Source: Vicugna vicugna
Taxonomy: Eukaryota
DNA length: 64,000 nucleotides
Direction of reading: 5' to 3'
Assembly (NCBI GenBank): GCA_013265495.1
Contig: MU058687.1
Location: forward strand, 3,040,001-3,104,000
In this document: piece by piece, positions 1-14,200 of the stretch
How the letters are laid out: each line of letters starts with the position of its first letter
Numbering within the stretch: position 1 is the first letter of the stretch
The notes under the pieces: generated by a model
Databases searched by the model: none
What the model was told of the DNA's origin: nothing
Seen by the model: only the letters and a program-made list of their open reading frames with translations
Program-made: the position numbers and the translations under genes

Positions 1-740
1 AGCGGCACACATTTATATGATCCTGAACTATGTCAGGGTCAGTGATGTGACAGATATGAGTGTCTCTGAAAATTAGAAAATAATCTCCAATATGTTACAT
101 GTTAGTGACACTCCAGGCAGCGTACTGAAACACACAACTGATTAATCCCTCGCTATGTGCAGTCTGCCTGGGCTTTTCACTGTTCCTTGTGGTGTAGTTT
201 GTGGGAAGATTATATTCATTTAACTCCTAAGTAGTTCAGATCTCTTCCTCCTTTATATATAAGCCTCTAAAATATGTTGCACAGGAAAGCAGAGAAAGAT
301 CTAACAGGCTCATCTTAGGACCACAGATATCACTGAAAAAGATACTTAAATGATGCCCCTCTCTGCTCAGATGTGAGTCCTTCCCATTCTGTAATAGGTA
401 CCAGAATGTGCAGAAGCATCATTTTAAGAGATTCCAAAGATATCTTACGGTGTCATTTCTGTAAATGAAATTAGGCTGAATTAATATTACTCAGACTATG
501 TTAAATGATCACCGTGGTGTCCAGAGTACTGATTCCATATTTGAACAGAGTAAGTCAGTCCACTGGAAAAATGAACATCCCTGAGGACCAAATACTGACA
601 AAACTCAATAATGTTCTTTTTAGTAATCATCACTCTTAACCCAGTTTTTCTGCTCTTGGGCCAAACCCAGATCCCAGTTCATACTCTGCCATAAATTTAA
701 ATGCAGATGAAAGATCTATCATTAATCTCATTCTCAATAT

Positions 741-3700
741 TTTATTAAGTTTTATTATAATAAGAAATTATAAAGTAATTCATATAGATTTAAAGCATAC
801 TTTTCCTCTAAAGATGCAGAAGAGGGATGAATAGAAAATTTAAAGTGAAAGTCAGGTTCATTAAGATATAATGCAAATGCCTCAGGTGCATAGTGAAAAA
901 GTTTATTTATGACAGATTTCAAAACCTGGAAGAGAAGACAAAGAATGCACAAGAGCATCACAAAACTGTTACATAATATAAAAACACAAGAACTGAGCTA
1001 TTTCAAGAACCATAGCTCAGGATCATCTGTGTATCACAGCAACACATTCAGTGCCACAGGCTGGTAAAATATGGTATTTTAAAGGAAAAACCACTCAGCA
1101 GGACATAACAAATAACAATTTGGTTTACAGCTCTTAGAAATCATACGAGATGCTGACAGCATTTCTCTTGATAGGGAATATGTAAAATAAGTTGACTGCA
1201 ATAAATGATTGGTTGGGATAATTTGTATTTTAAATAGAAAAGACTGTGACACCGTTTCCCTTCCAGACCCCTTTTGGTAATGTCAGCATCAGTGCATGAT
1301 ATAGAACAATAAGGAAAGAACGCCTTTGTGGTTGCCAATTGCTTAAATATTGACCAAGAAAGCGTGATCATCTTTCAGTCAACTGACAGATCTCAGTGCA
1401 TGGCACCAAAGCAGGCCTTTCAGAAACATAAGATAAACAGTATAAGGTAGTTTAGGAAAGCTTCAAGCACCTCCTCTATTCCGATTACCTTTACCCAAAG
1501 TCTGGCTTTCTTATAGTCCACCATTTTCTTATAATCCATCCAACAAAACAGTTTTCTTTTGTGAATTTCAAAGCACTTCCCATTATTAAGAGAAATGAGC
1601 AAACTGGAGTCATGAGTTACTGAATTGCTTTCTCCAGACTTTACTTGCTCTTGACCATAGCTAAATAGAAATAGTTCAACTTGATTAAATAAAAACAAAT
1701 TCATTTATGGGACAATAATCTCAGAAAGGGATGTCAGTGGAGCTTTCAATACAAAATTCCTTAGTAAAATGTACCACTTAGGACATGAGTGAAGGAATTA
1801 GGATAATGTTTTCCAGGTGATTCTTGCCTGAACCTAAAAACCAACAATAACAATCAATCTCAGGTAACATTACAGACAAGGCATTTCAAACCTGAGTCAG
1901 GAAACGAGTTGAGTTAAGGGCTCTTCTGTAATCCCATATACTATAATATTTCAAACCAAAACTTTACAATTGTTTATGACCCTATATCAGAAATTTTAGG
2001 AAATATACTTTGTCCCCTGGAAATCATTTCATGTACATTATTTTAGCCCTGGATAAGTCAAAACTATCTGCTTAAAATGACAGAAAACTGTGGAATTTAT
2101 TTTTTTTTAAGCCTCTATCTCTAGATTTCTGGGGCACCTTTTCCTCATCTCTTAAGAGTAAAGAAGAGCCATGAAATTAACTCTGGTCCACATGCCTGGG
2201 GGCCTGAAAGAAATTAAAGTACATATAATAGAGATCTGATCATCAGTTCAAGCCAGTGACTAGGACTACAAATAAATTCATAGGCAGAGTCTCATACCTT
2301 TGGACTTCATTTTTGAGGGAATGATTATTTGTTAATGAACCCCACTATCAAGGCTTTAGGCAATTAAATTGGGTTCTCCTAGGTTGATGACAAGACATTC
2401 AAACAAGAGGGGCTTTGTCTGGCCTTCTTGGTTCAGGCAGAGACAATGCAACACCCCAAAGGGAGCAGTGATTTCTGAAATCTGGCCACACAATATTTAG
2501 CAAGGTTCTCACCCTTTGGGTCCCAAATCCTGCCCTAACCTCGCCACCTAAATAACTGGTAGATGTTCAAAGGAGTGCCCACAGGTGCTGGGCTGGCTGG
2601 ACAGAGCAAAGGGGTGACACTGACCATAGCCAGGTACCAAGAGAGCCAAAGCAAGCTCTTGACCCCCCCACCCCATTCCCAAATAAGAGGCCATCAGGAA
2701 CCAGCCCCCTGGGGGTTCTCCTTTGCAGAAGGCCAAAGTGACTGCCCACAGAAGACTGGCTCCTTTAGTGGGCTCTGAACCCAGACTGTGAGACGCTGTG
2801 GAGCTGCGAGCTCACACTGAAATGACACAGAGCCAGTGACAGAATCTGGTTCCCACAGAGGGAGGGCTTGCCTCTATTCATTAGCCAACTCAATTAATTT
2901 GTCGTCCTCATCAGCACAGCACTGTCACATCCTCTTGACTTGCTCGGTAAAGTTAAGAAAGAGTTCCAACTGCACAGTCATACATGAGTTACCTAGCTAT
3001 CCCAATTTGGGACTGTAAGTCATAATCCCTCCCCAGCCCTACTTCCAACCAAGGTCGATTGCCTGATCTGCTCAACTCACACTATTTAATTCTGGTTAAT
3101 CAGGTAAACTGAGGCCTTGGATATCATGGTGCCGGTGCTAAACAATACCATAAATAATCAAGACATCAGAGAGAAATGGAGAGGGCCTAGTCCCTCTCTT
3201 TGTCTCTCAGCTGTGGAGAAATGAGGGCCTAGAGATAGGATCCCGTGTGCATGAAAATTGGGACTTTGGCCATATGGATATTCGCCATATACTGGGTTGC
3301 TGGAAAGCACCCAACTTGTGATTGGTTTTAGACAACTATTCCCTACTTACTCCCCAAAGAATCATGTATCCTGGCTCTCTGAGCACAATCAAATACAATG
3401 AATACAATGATGGGCTTTTTAAAGAGCATGTATCCCTTAACAAGCTGCCCCTCACAACAACAAAAAATGAAATCACCTTCCTTCAGACAGAAACTCACTT
3501 TCCAACTCTTCTCAACCACTGAGATTCTATAGGGATGGTGCTCTTCCCTTTTCTAGCAGATTCAGGTTTCTAAGAGGTCTACACTTTTGACCAGGTGGAA
3601 AGAGACTAGTTAAAAAGGTTGATGTGGACCTTTTAGACCCAGGAGAAATTCTAAATGGAAGTCTCTAAAAGGAAGACCAAACTGTCCGTTTGGTTAGCTC

Positions 3701-6700
3701 CATTTACTGCTAAAAAAGACTGAAAAAGATGGTGATTCTTACACCTCACAGGAAGGTCAGCCTACAGAGGGCACAGCTTGTTCACAAAGACACTCTTGTG
3801 ATGTTGGGCAAAACTAACCTGTTTCATCCCTTTTTGGCCACAGTCACAACCGAGGCTACAGAGACACAGCTGGCACTCCTCCTGGCCTCTTTCTAAACTC
3901 ACCGTCTTTTTTTCATGGCACCAGACTCGCAAATCCCAGAGAACACAGAGATGAAATCAATCCTTAGGTCAGGATCACACTTAGCAGAGGAGACCTACTC
4001 AAAAATATTTCTAAAGTCTTAGCTGTTGGGAAAGACAGCAAAGTGGGTTTGGGATTTCTCCAACAAGCACAGGGAGGACCAGTGAGGCTTCTGGCCTAAG
4101 GAACAATTCCAACCAATGAAATGTGAACTAAGGAACTACACAAAATCAGGATACGAGCAAAATTCTGGGATACATTTGATAGCTTTTCTCTCTTCCTCTC
4201 ATTTTACTGTTTTCATTCCTTACTAACCATTTTAAAAGGCAATTCTCAAGCTGCATGAAACTGTTTCACTCATGTCCCTTCCTTGAAAACAACAGTCTTT
4301 GCAACCTTTCGCAGAAAAGTGGTCTTGAAAAACAAATATAAAAATACAGATTTTAGGTTTTGGGGCTCACCTAATTCTTTCAAAGAGGGCCTGGATAGGG
4401 CTCATCAAAAACAGATAACTTAGATATTTTCTATAAATGATGTTTTACAATAATACCAAACCCAATGATTAATAAAAGTGAGCTTTCAGATTGATCTCTT
4501 CCATATATATATTATAAGGGACAATATATACTCTTAAAAAGTCTAAGATTTTCTTTCCTAAATAACAGATAAAAATATTTTTAAGGTGCATGAATCAATT
4601 AAGAAAAAAATAACTAACAATGGCCTAATTTCAAGTTGCTACTTACTTCAATTTTAAAGCTACATATTATTTGAGAACTGAGTTTTAATTTCAGAGTCCT
4701 GAGGATGTGTCGTAAAGCAACAGAGATTAGAATAAAGTCCTTCCAGAGCAGTTTCACAATTACCCTCACTCCAACATGCCAGGTAGAGAAGCAAACATTA
4801 GAAATTATGGCCTGAGGGAGAGGGGACTACAGCATGAGTTTTGAAAAATGAAGACCAAGACACATTTTTATGAGGACCACCTCCCCAAGTAACTGATGCT
4901 GAAGGAAGCAAGTCCACTGAAAAATCAGGAGCTCTCTGACCGAGGAGAGCCAATGTCTGTGCAGGGAACACACTCTAATTGGACACTTGTCAAAAGGAAC
5001 AGAATAGTAGAATCATCCTTGTTTTAAAAATCAGGTTTATAATTTTAAAATCTATGTGATGGGTATGCATAAGGGTGTTCACTATATACTTCTTTTAAGT
5101 TTTCTGTTTGCTGAAAAATTTTCAAAATAAGATGCTGGGAAAAATAAACCCTTTAAATTTTTTAAAGCCCCATCTCTCAACAAATTAAGAAAACTAAACA
5201 TACTGAAGAAACTTAACAACTCAGCCACTCAGTGTAGAGAACCCCAGTCTCTTGCCTACTATGAAGTGCTTTCTTCCCATTGTATATTAATATTTATTTG
5301 TGCTCTAAAGAACAGGGTGGGAGTGAAAGCAAGTGATTTTCATCTCATTGTTTGGTTCTGTAAACTTAGACAGGAAGAAACTAAGGAAGTAGCTACTTCT
5401 TAGGATTTGCTGGGCTATGAAATTCGCAGTAATTACCTGTGCTTCAGTAAATAATATTTTGTCCCTAGAGTTTAATAATTTCAGTTATTTAATATAGGAC
5501 AATGAATTGATTAGACAGTGAAAGTATCTTTTTTTTGTGAATGGATCAAAGAAGCACTGTTAATGAAACACCAGTACAGAATGAAATGTAACACAGTCCA
5601 AGACTTCACAAGTGACTGGACAATACGAGGCACACAGAGGTGATGGGAACAAGTCCCTCAGGTTTCCCTGATGCAACAAAACTAGGATTGCAAAGAAAAT
5701 AAGTACAGAGACTCTCATGGCAAAAATAGTGTCATTCCAGGGAGCTGGCAATGGCCTGATAGCTCCATTTTATGAGAAAGTCATAAGTTAATAATAAAAA
5801 GGAAAAATAAGCCAGGCTTTAGCTGACTGGAGGACAGCTCGGTAGAAAATTATTTTATAAAGAATCTATTCAGTTAGCTAAGGCATGATTCAACTTCGGT
5901 GATGAAAAGAGCGGTCACGCAGCTACCTGATGGGATGAGGCACAGCAAGTTTGCTTTCACTGCCCCAACAGACAGTCACTCAAATAATTTCTAACTTCTT
6001 ACAAGGTATATAAATTTGGACCGGTGTAATCCTCTACAAAATGCACTCAAATATAAAATAAATGGAGGTATGATGCCGCTCAGTGGATGGCGATGCTATG
6101 GCAGTCCATAGCATCCTATCCTACTTGGGGCTTTGCTCCCAGAGGAATAGGAGGTACAGCTGTACCGCCCTTTGGTCATGACGTAGATGCTACCACAGAT
6201 CCATTGCCAGGAGCCCTGTTCTTTGAGTTTCTGCTCCTGCATGGAGGGGAGGCTTGGTATGCGGTACCCACATAAGGAAAGAATGAACCAAAGGAAACAT
6301 CAGGAAGAGGGTGACTCCTCAGAGTGAGCAAAGGACTTTGAAATCCTGGAATCACAGGAGTTCTCCGGTTGGCTAGTTCTCAGCACTCAGTCCTGGGCAG
6401 ATTCCCTCACAACCTAGAATTCCTCACAGGAAGTGCTGGGTTGAGTTGGCATCATCCATCCATCTCAGAAGGGACAGATTCCTCCCAAAGCATCACAGAA
6501 CTGACCTGCATGAATGGAACATTATTCCCGACTTCTCCTAAAATCATCTTTAACCCCACAGGAGAGGTGGCCTCAATGGCTCAGCGCAGATGGAAGCCTT
6601 CTAAGAAACAGATGGAAACTGTCTCAAAGGCAAAATGAAATGTGCTTAAAAAATAAATAAATAAAGTAATAAATAAATCTAATTATTACTCAAAATTCTA

Positions 6701-8008
6701 AGGCAGTAACAGGCTTGACACAAGGAGTAAGAAAGAAGGAAGTACAAACGACCGCAGTGGTCCCTCCTCTGCTGGAGGCCCTGCTGCTCTGGTGACACTG
6801 GCTGCCGCACCTGCAGCATGCCTGGGCTCACAGAGCGGAAGAGGCTGTCACTAGGGACACGCAGGCCTGGTAAAGAACAAATCCAACCAGCAGCAGCCGT
6901 GACACTTCATTATCACCTTTCCTAAGAGACTCTGAACACCAAGAGCTTTAAGCCCTCAATGCAAGAAACCTAAGTCCAGAAACTTTGGAAATCTCACTGG
7001 TTCCAAAGCAAAATTTCTAAATAACACTTATATTCTATTCTAAAGACCAAAAAAAAAAAAAAAAAGGTGGTGGGGAATCTGGAGTGTTGTTTTGTTTTGC
7101 TTTTTGACCTTCTCTCTCAGATTATATCCCTGTTTCTTTGATTATACAAAAAATAATTTGGTTACAATTGACTTTCAAAGATGTGGGTTCCAAGATCAAT
7201 CCAGCACCTAATTTCTATCCTGTCCCCTTCGACCACCAGTGCCCTTGAAAAGGGACACTACTTCTTGAAATAGGAAGTGATGGAGGCAGTTTTTCTTCCC
7301 AGAAGATCTGAGACTACACTGATCATCCCCTTAGATGGCATGTTAGTTCTGGCTGTAATGGCAAAGACACAGACTTCAGAAAGGGAGAGGAGGAGGGAAA
7401 GAGGCAGAGCCAAACCACAGGACTAGTAACACCCCTCCAGAGGCAGTGAGGGCTCCCAGCCTGTGCCAGAGACCATGAAGAACCAGCAGGCGGGAATATG
7501 GCAGTGGTGAGAGAGAGGCTGGACAGAGCTGTCTCCATCCAAGAGACTGGGTTCCTTCTGGACAATGTGCTTTGCCCTCTTCCAGCCCTTTCAAAAAATG
7601 AAGAGAGCAGGTGCCACTAAACACATCTGCAAGAAGGCTCTGGGAGAGGAGGGAGCAGCAACTGGAACACTATTCCTTGTACCCAAACAAACCTGTTTTT
7701 AAAAGACAACAACCAGCTTCCTTTTAGGCTTTGTCCTGTTGGTTTCCTCCACAGAGAGATTTTGCCGGAGTCTAATGCAAGAAGAGCATGAGTCAGGGAC
7801 CACAGAACAGGGACACTACATCACCATCTGCAGAAGCCAAGAAGGGGGAAAAGCTACGCGGGGTCAGCAGTCAGGCACACCGGGCAGGGTGTGAGGGTCA
7901 GGAGCCTCACGCTGCACTTCTAGCTCTTGCCTATCTGAAACAAGAGGCCCCAGCTGGCAGCCTGCTCCAGCCAGCCAATACCTGCCTGCCTCCGGTCCCA
8001 GTGGGCCT
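741..8008 (-). other. TMED8: Probable long 3' UTR of TMED8 (distal end uncertain)
   Basis: About 7 kb downstream of the stop with almost no recognisable interspersed repeats; minus-strand AATAAA at 902-907, 751-756 and 741-746. Confidence 0.45.
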
Positions 8009-8226
8009 TCAGCTAGTGTAGTAGATGTGGAAGTAGAGAGTCTTGTTGCGAAGCAGGGAGTAGGAGTTGTCAAACTTGAGCAGGTAGATGCCCTCACCAG
8101 GGTAGTCGTGGCTGCCAGCCTGCACGTCTCGGTGGCTGTCCCGCCGGTACACAGGCATGACCTCCCCATAGCGGCCCCGCAGGGAGCTCCTGGAGCCTCT
8201 CTCCACATCTCCAGCTGGGACAGGGT
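8009..8226 (-). CDS. TMED8: TMED8 last coding exon
   Basis: catacag|[31 protein letters not shown]...FHIYYTS, TGA at 8009-8011. Confidence 0.95.
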
Positions 8227-11200
8227 CTGTATGAGCAAAGGGTAGAGTGTTTGTCCATGAGTTCAGAGACCAAATATACCTACCTGAAAGTGGAAAGAGG
8301 GACCAGGTAACCCAGCGGCTTTCACCCAGCTGAGGGATGCTACTGCCCTCCTATGGGCATTTGGAAATGTTTGGTGGCCTTTGGGCCATCAGAGTGACTA
8401 ACAGGTGATACTGGCATTTAGTGCCCAAGGGTCCAGGAGTGCTAAACTTCTGGATAGTACCTGCTCAACAAAGAAGTGTCTTGCCCCAAATGCCAATAGT
8501 GTCTCCACTGAGAAATAATGAGTTAGCCTTACAGAGCCTTCCTAGCTCCAGGGGCACCTGGACATTTCCAAGGGGGAGAAAAAGATATTGAGAAGGGAAG
8601 ATTCTGACATCCTTTCATTCAACAGGTGAAAGAACCAGCTAAATGAGGTAGGAAATGCAGACAAATGTGCCGCCCTGAGTGACGTCAAACTCCTCCTGGG
8701 TCCCCAAAGCACAGCAGATGGATCTGAGGTTCTCCTCCTCCCTGAATACCTGACGACTGCCCTGCAGACTTGCTTTTCCATGCAGAAGCAAGTGAAGGGA
8801 TTGACAGTAAGATTATACGGGAAAACCAAGGAATAAGGCTAATGCTTAGAACCTACTCTTGTATTACAAAAAAAAAAGGAAGAAGAAGGAGAAGAAGGAG
8901 AAGAAGGAGGAGGAGGAGGAGAAGGAGAAGAAGGAGAAGGAGGAGGAGAAGGAGAAGAAGAAGGGGAAGAAGAAGAGGAAGAAGAAGAGGAAGAGGAAGA
9001 AGAAGAAGAACATTCTGAGGACCATCCTGAGTAGGTGCTGCAAGTAACAACTGACAGAGCACAGAGACTGTTTTTAAAACTGCTCCGGGCATGAAGTAAA
9101 CAGTAGTCAGCCAGCTGTGACCGTTTGGATGGAGGAGAGAATGGGTACTTAAGCAAACTGTAATCACTCAGTTTGGTTCCAGATCAGGAATAAAGGTAAA
9201 TATCCCAGAACTAATTGAGAAATGTAAAATAATCTCAGGTTCCTATGGGCTCTGAGAGACACTGCCGCTACATACAGCAGCACTGACCCGCTTCTTTCCC
9301 TGCCCCTCACCCCACCCGTCCCCAAGGAGATCCTGGGGGAAGCAGCTGGGTACTGATTAAAACGAAAGAAGCTTTCCACTCTTTACCATTAATACCAACT
9401 CCTACCAAACAACGTTCTTTGATGGTCTACTTTGGCCTGCATCATTCAACTTAGCTTGCAATGCTGAAAGGGATTCTTCACTGCATTCCAAGGAAGAGGA
9501 GGGCTGGAACAACACAGGAAGTGATCGCTAGAACTTAGGTTCAGCCTGAGAAGGAAACCGCAAATTATGTTAAAATTAAATTTACCTTCAATCTCCTCCT
9601 CTTCCTCATCGTCATCCTCGTCCTCGCTAGAATCGCTGACCTGCACAGTTATGTCAGTGCTGGTTACAGGGGTCCAGTCAAAGTAAACTCCAAAGCCAAT
9701 GTCATAGTCATCCGTCGCAAACTCCCAGCAGACACGCTTCCCCTCCGGGTGGGTAGGTACCCGGATGGTCACCACCTCACCCCGCTTCACCACCAGCCGG
9801 CTGTTCTTCTCTTTGCCCAGCTTGCTTTTGAATTCCTTCATCTTGGCAAAGGTCCAGATGCACGGAGGAGCCATCAGAGGTGGGGAAACTGAAAGGACAG
9901 GCAGTTTACCACTGAGAAACTCAGAGGAAATGTCACTATAGCTGGCATCTTGCTTAGGGAGTCAACGTTCCTCCTACTGGCTTCCCTGACTCCCTTTCAC
10001 AGGTCACTTTCCTCCTTTCCTTCCATCTGTCTGCCTCCCTTTCTTTGAGTACCCACTGGGAACCAAAAAAAACCCACCTTCCACACCCCCTAAAGGTCTC
10101 ACCTTTCCTGTGGTCCCCCAGAAGGTCTGCAGATTCCAAATCAGCTGAAAGAATATCTATAGCTCCTGTGTGCTCAGACTGGATCATAACGATGTCCCCA
10201 GACCTTTGTGGACCATGGTACTTGGCCATCTGCACAACAGAATTCTGGTTAAATGGCACATGTCAAGGCAGATTCCAACTAGCCTCTTTCCAAATGAACG
10301 CTGACTACCCCTTACCTATTACCTCCACTCTCCCAACTCAAAGCCTAAGTGCTATTCAGCCTTCCTCCTCTGTCCTCCAGCTGCTTGTTGCTAATAAATT
10401 CTACCAACTTTTCTTTTTAATGGAGGTACTAGGAACTGAACCCAGGACCTTGTGCATACTAAGTGTGTGCTCTACCACTGAGCTATACCACTCCCCTACT
10501 ACCAACTTTTTTTAATGCCACCAGTATATTTCCTAGTTTAAAGATTCTTGCTTGTTCTCTCCTACTTTTTGCAACTTTCCCACTTCAGATCCTTTATGAA
10601 ATCTTTGCCCATGAACATCCTGAAAGTTTGCTACTGACTTTCACACGGACAGCGTTTCTGGGCCATCCATGCCTTGGTCTCACCTCAGCCTGCAAGTCCC
10701 GCCCTGCAGCTCCTCTCTTAACAGTTCTCGCATCTAGGGTTTAGCTCAATCTGCCACACATCCTCCTACTACAATGTCTATTCAGAGTGACTTCCAGATC
10801 ACTGCTAATTTCACCAAAGCACTGCAGAGAGAGAATCTGGTTCATACTCTGCCTCTGTCTCTCTCTCTCACCCATGGCTACCTTGGATGTCTCATCCCAT
10901 AGGCTGTCTCATCCACTAACAGTGTTCTATAAACAATTATAATTTCACCTTAGACTAGTGCCAGGATTTGCATTTAAACAGTATATTTGCTGCCAGACAT
11001 CTAACTTCCATGAAGAGTACAAATGTCACTCAATACTCAAAGCGCTCACTGACCCATGGCAGGAGCCTGCAATCTCTCCGTAGAGGGTTTCACTTCACAT
11101 TACTCAGATTAGCATTTCCCTGTCTCATGCTATTGTGCCTTAATTTTCTGCTCCTTCTCTAAGCCGTCGGCAGGCAACTCAAGAAATGTACACCTACTGC

Positions 11201-14200
11201 CAACATAGGAGAGGACATCAGAGAGACAGCAGTCCAGTTAAGAAATCAGAATTATAGTTGCAAGAAATAAATAAGTAAATTGTGTAATCCTCCCAGACTA
11301 CACGTAATATCTGTTACTGGAGAGTAGGTCCTTCAGCTCTTATCTTCACTGTTCAATGAGGTAAATCAGACTTTGGCTAACTTGCTTGCATGAGTTCTTC
11401 CTTTTCCAGAAGGTGAAACAAAGGATTTCGTTTGGAACTTGTTAGCTGCATAGCCTTAGTAAAGTATCACTAACAGCTCTTAGCTTGTTTCCCCATCTGT
11501 AAAATGGGGACATAATGGTACATATCTCACAAGGTTATTCTCAGGAATAAATGAAGTACTGTGGGTAAAAATGCTTTGTAAACTAGACAGCATTATACAA
11601 ATAAAATTATAATGTTTGGCATTGTCGTTCCTAACACCAACACCATTTGCTATTATAAATGTTAACAGTGGTACAAACAACCCTTTCATCCATGGTAGGG
11701 AGACCACTGTTACTGGTACCACTTCTGTGGAATCTTTACCATAAATACTGAGTAGATCTACCACAAGAAAACTGAGACTAATGCAATCCAATGGTTAAAG
11801 GCTCCTCACATGGAAAGGATTTCAGACAACATGTGAACATTTATTATAACACTTCATTTTTTGAATAGATGCTTACCGAGTGCCGGTACAGTGATGGGCC
11901 CTGGAAGGATACACGCACTTATTCCCAAATAATTAAATGTGAAATGCCCTGGTGCTTTTTAATTCCAACCCATCCAAACACATCCAACTCTGGTGCCACA
12001 ATCTCGTGCTTGTAGAGAACGCGCTTCCTACCTTGCTGAGGACCGGGGCCTGGTCCGCAGGCAGCAATTCCTGTTCCACTGAGGCCTGAGCCTCTACGGC
12101 ACCAGCTGCTTTCAGCTGATCTTCCGTGACATCCTCTCTCACTGGAGCTACCATCTGCGGCCTCTCAGAGCAAGACAGCATGTCAGTTCAAGGACTCTTT
12201 TAAAAGGCACAACAGTCCTGGAGAAACTCAGAGAGAAAAGAACCTTCAAAGGGCACCCCCCAAGCCCTGCTTTCCTCTGGGATTTAGGTTTACTGTCGTT
12301 TCCACTGGCTGCTGCCCAGGGCTGAAATGGACCGCAACACACCAGTGACAGCATGTGGGGGCCCAGGACTGACAACTCTAGGTCCCAGGCTCCGAGAACC
12401 ATGATAAATACACAGCTCAGTTGTCTGAGATGGATGGTGGGTCTGGTTTTATTCCTCACTCTGGGACCCATGCCATTTGCTCCACACAGAATTTCAACAA
12501 AAGAAGAGCTGGAATCTCAGTTCTGTGCAACACATAAAGTCACTGCTAGAAGCAAAGGGAGGAGGCCTCACCCAAACCAAAAATTGCTCACAAAACAGCA
12601 GAAGTGCGGACTGATCAGCAAGGCGACCCTCTCCACTGTTAGCCCAGGAGCAGGTCAGCATTTCCACTCACATGCTACCACTGATGTCCATATCACACCC
12701 AGTTCACCGAGTAATTTTAAAAGGCAGTCACTTTCTTTCCTTTTTTAAGCCCATTAATCTACTATTCCAATGACTTAAAACACAAAGAAGCAGGGGGATA
12801 ATGTACGCTGTCTTCCATTTCTCCTGGCTTCAGAGAGACCAGAAAGTGGGTTAAGTGCCAGGGCTGCAGCGCAATACCCCAGGCTTCTTAGAAATCTACA
12901 AAAGGTGGCATGGATTCTTCAGAGTAGCAATTATCAAAGTATAGTCTGGGGACCCCTGGAGTCCTTAAGGCCCTATCAGGGGAGTCTGCGAAGTCAAAAC
13001 CTTTTCCTAATAATCCTAAAATATTATCTGCCTTTGTTCATTTTCATCTTCTCAGGAGTTTACAGTGAAATTTTCCAGAAACTGTATGACATATAATATC
13101 ACAACAGAACAAACGCAGAAGCAGATCTGAGAATCCAAGTGTCTTCTGTTAAGCCAGACATTAAAGAGATTTACAACATCTCTCTTCCCACTAAATTACT
13201 TTTGCTTTGGAAAATAGCTGTTTTTCATTAAAAATATGTCATTTATATTAACATGTAATGAGTTCCTTATTGTTCTTTTCAAGTGAATGAATATTATTTA
13301 ATTTTCCAGTTTTAATTTCTAGTATTGTAAACATTGATAGATACAACTCACATAAGCAAAACTTCTTTGAGGTCCTCAAGAATTTTTAAGTGTGCAAAGT
13401 TTTGAGAACCACTGCTTTCGGGCAGCGTCCATCTCCTCAGAAAGGCTGAGAACCGACTGGAGAACCACACTGTAAACCACATGGGGAAACAGGGCTTATT
13501 TTGGAGTTCATGAGTTTCTTTCCTTCCTTCTTTCTCACTCTCTCTTTTTTAACACAAACAAGAAAAATCACCCCTAGTTTATAAGTTACCTCTTCTTCAG
13601 ATAAAACAGAGCCAGCTTTGAAATACGTAAGTCACTCCAATTTACCTCAGAACAAACAAGAGGCACTTACTATAAAAATCAGAACTTGGTTGTTGTTTGT
13701 AGGTTTGCTAGGGTAATCTTGTGTAAAGCGTAAATTCGTCTAGGCTGTGAGTCTATTTTATTCTCTTAAACCTAGAAATGGGAGTCCGTTTTGATACTAT
13801 TATTTGTCTCCTCTACTAGGAGGTGAGCGAGACGGCAGGACTGGGTCCCCTCCCTCTGCAGGCACAGTGTCTACGGCCAAGCCCGTCGCAGGGAGCCCTA
13901 GGGCCCTTTGCACGCTGACCTCATGTCCCAGGAGGACCTCACCTGGCCTTGCCCAGTCCGCTCCAGTCATGGTGGCCTCCTGAATCTCCGGGAGTCCTCA
14001 GACGCGGCAAGCACTCCCCCACCTGAGGTTTGGGGGCCTGCTATTATCACCTCAGCCTAGAATACTCTGCCCCCAGTTACCTCAGGGCTTCCTTCCTTCA
14101 GGTTTCTGCTCAGCTGTCACTGCCGGGGAGGCTTCCCAGACGCCTGTACATAAAATGCTCACTCTCTGAGGCCCCAACACTCTTCACACCCCCATCCAGC

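Noticed and set aside
8770..9167. Poly-Arg, poly-Leu, poly-Ser and Lys/Glu ORFs
   Set aside because: Translations of the GAA/GGA tract; the same applies to 25100-25482.
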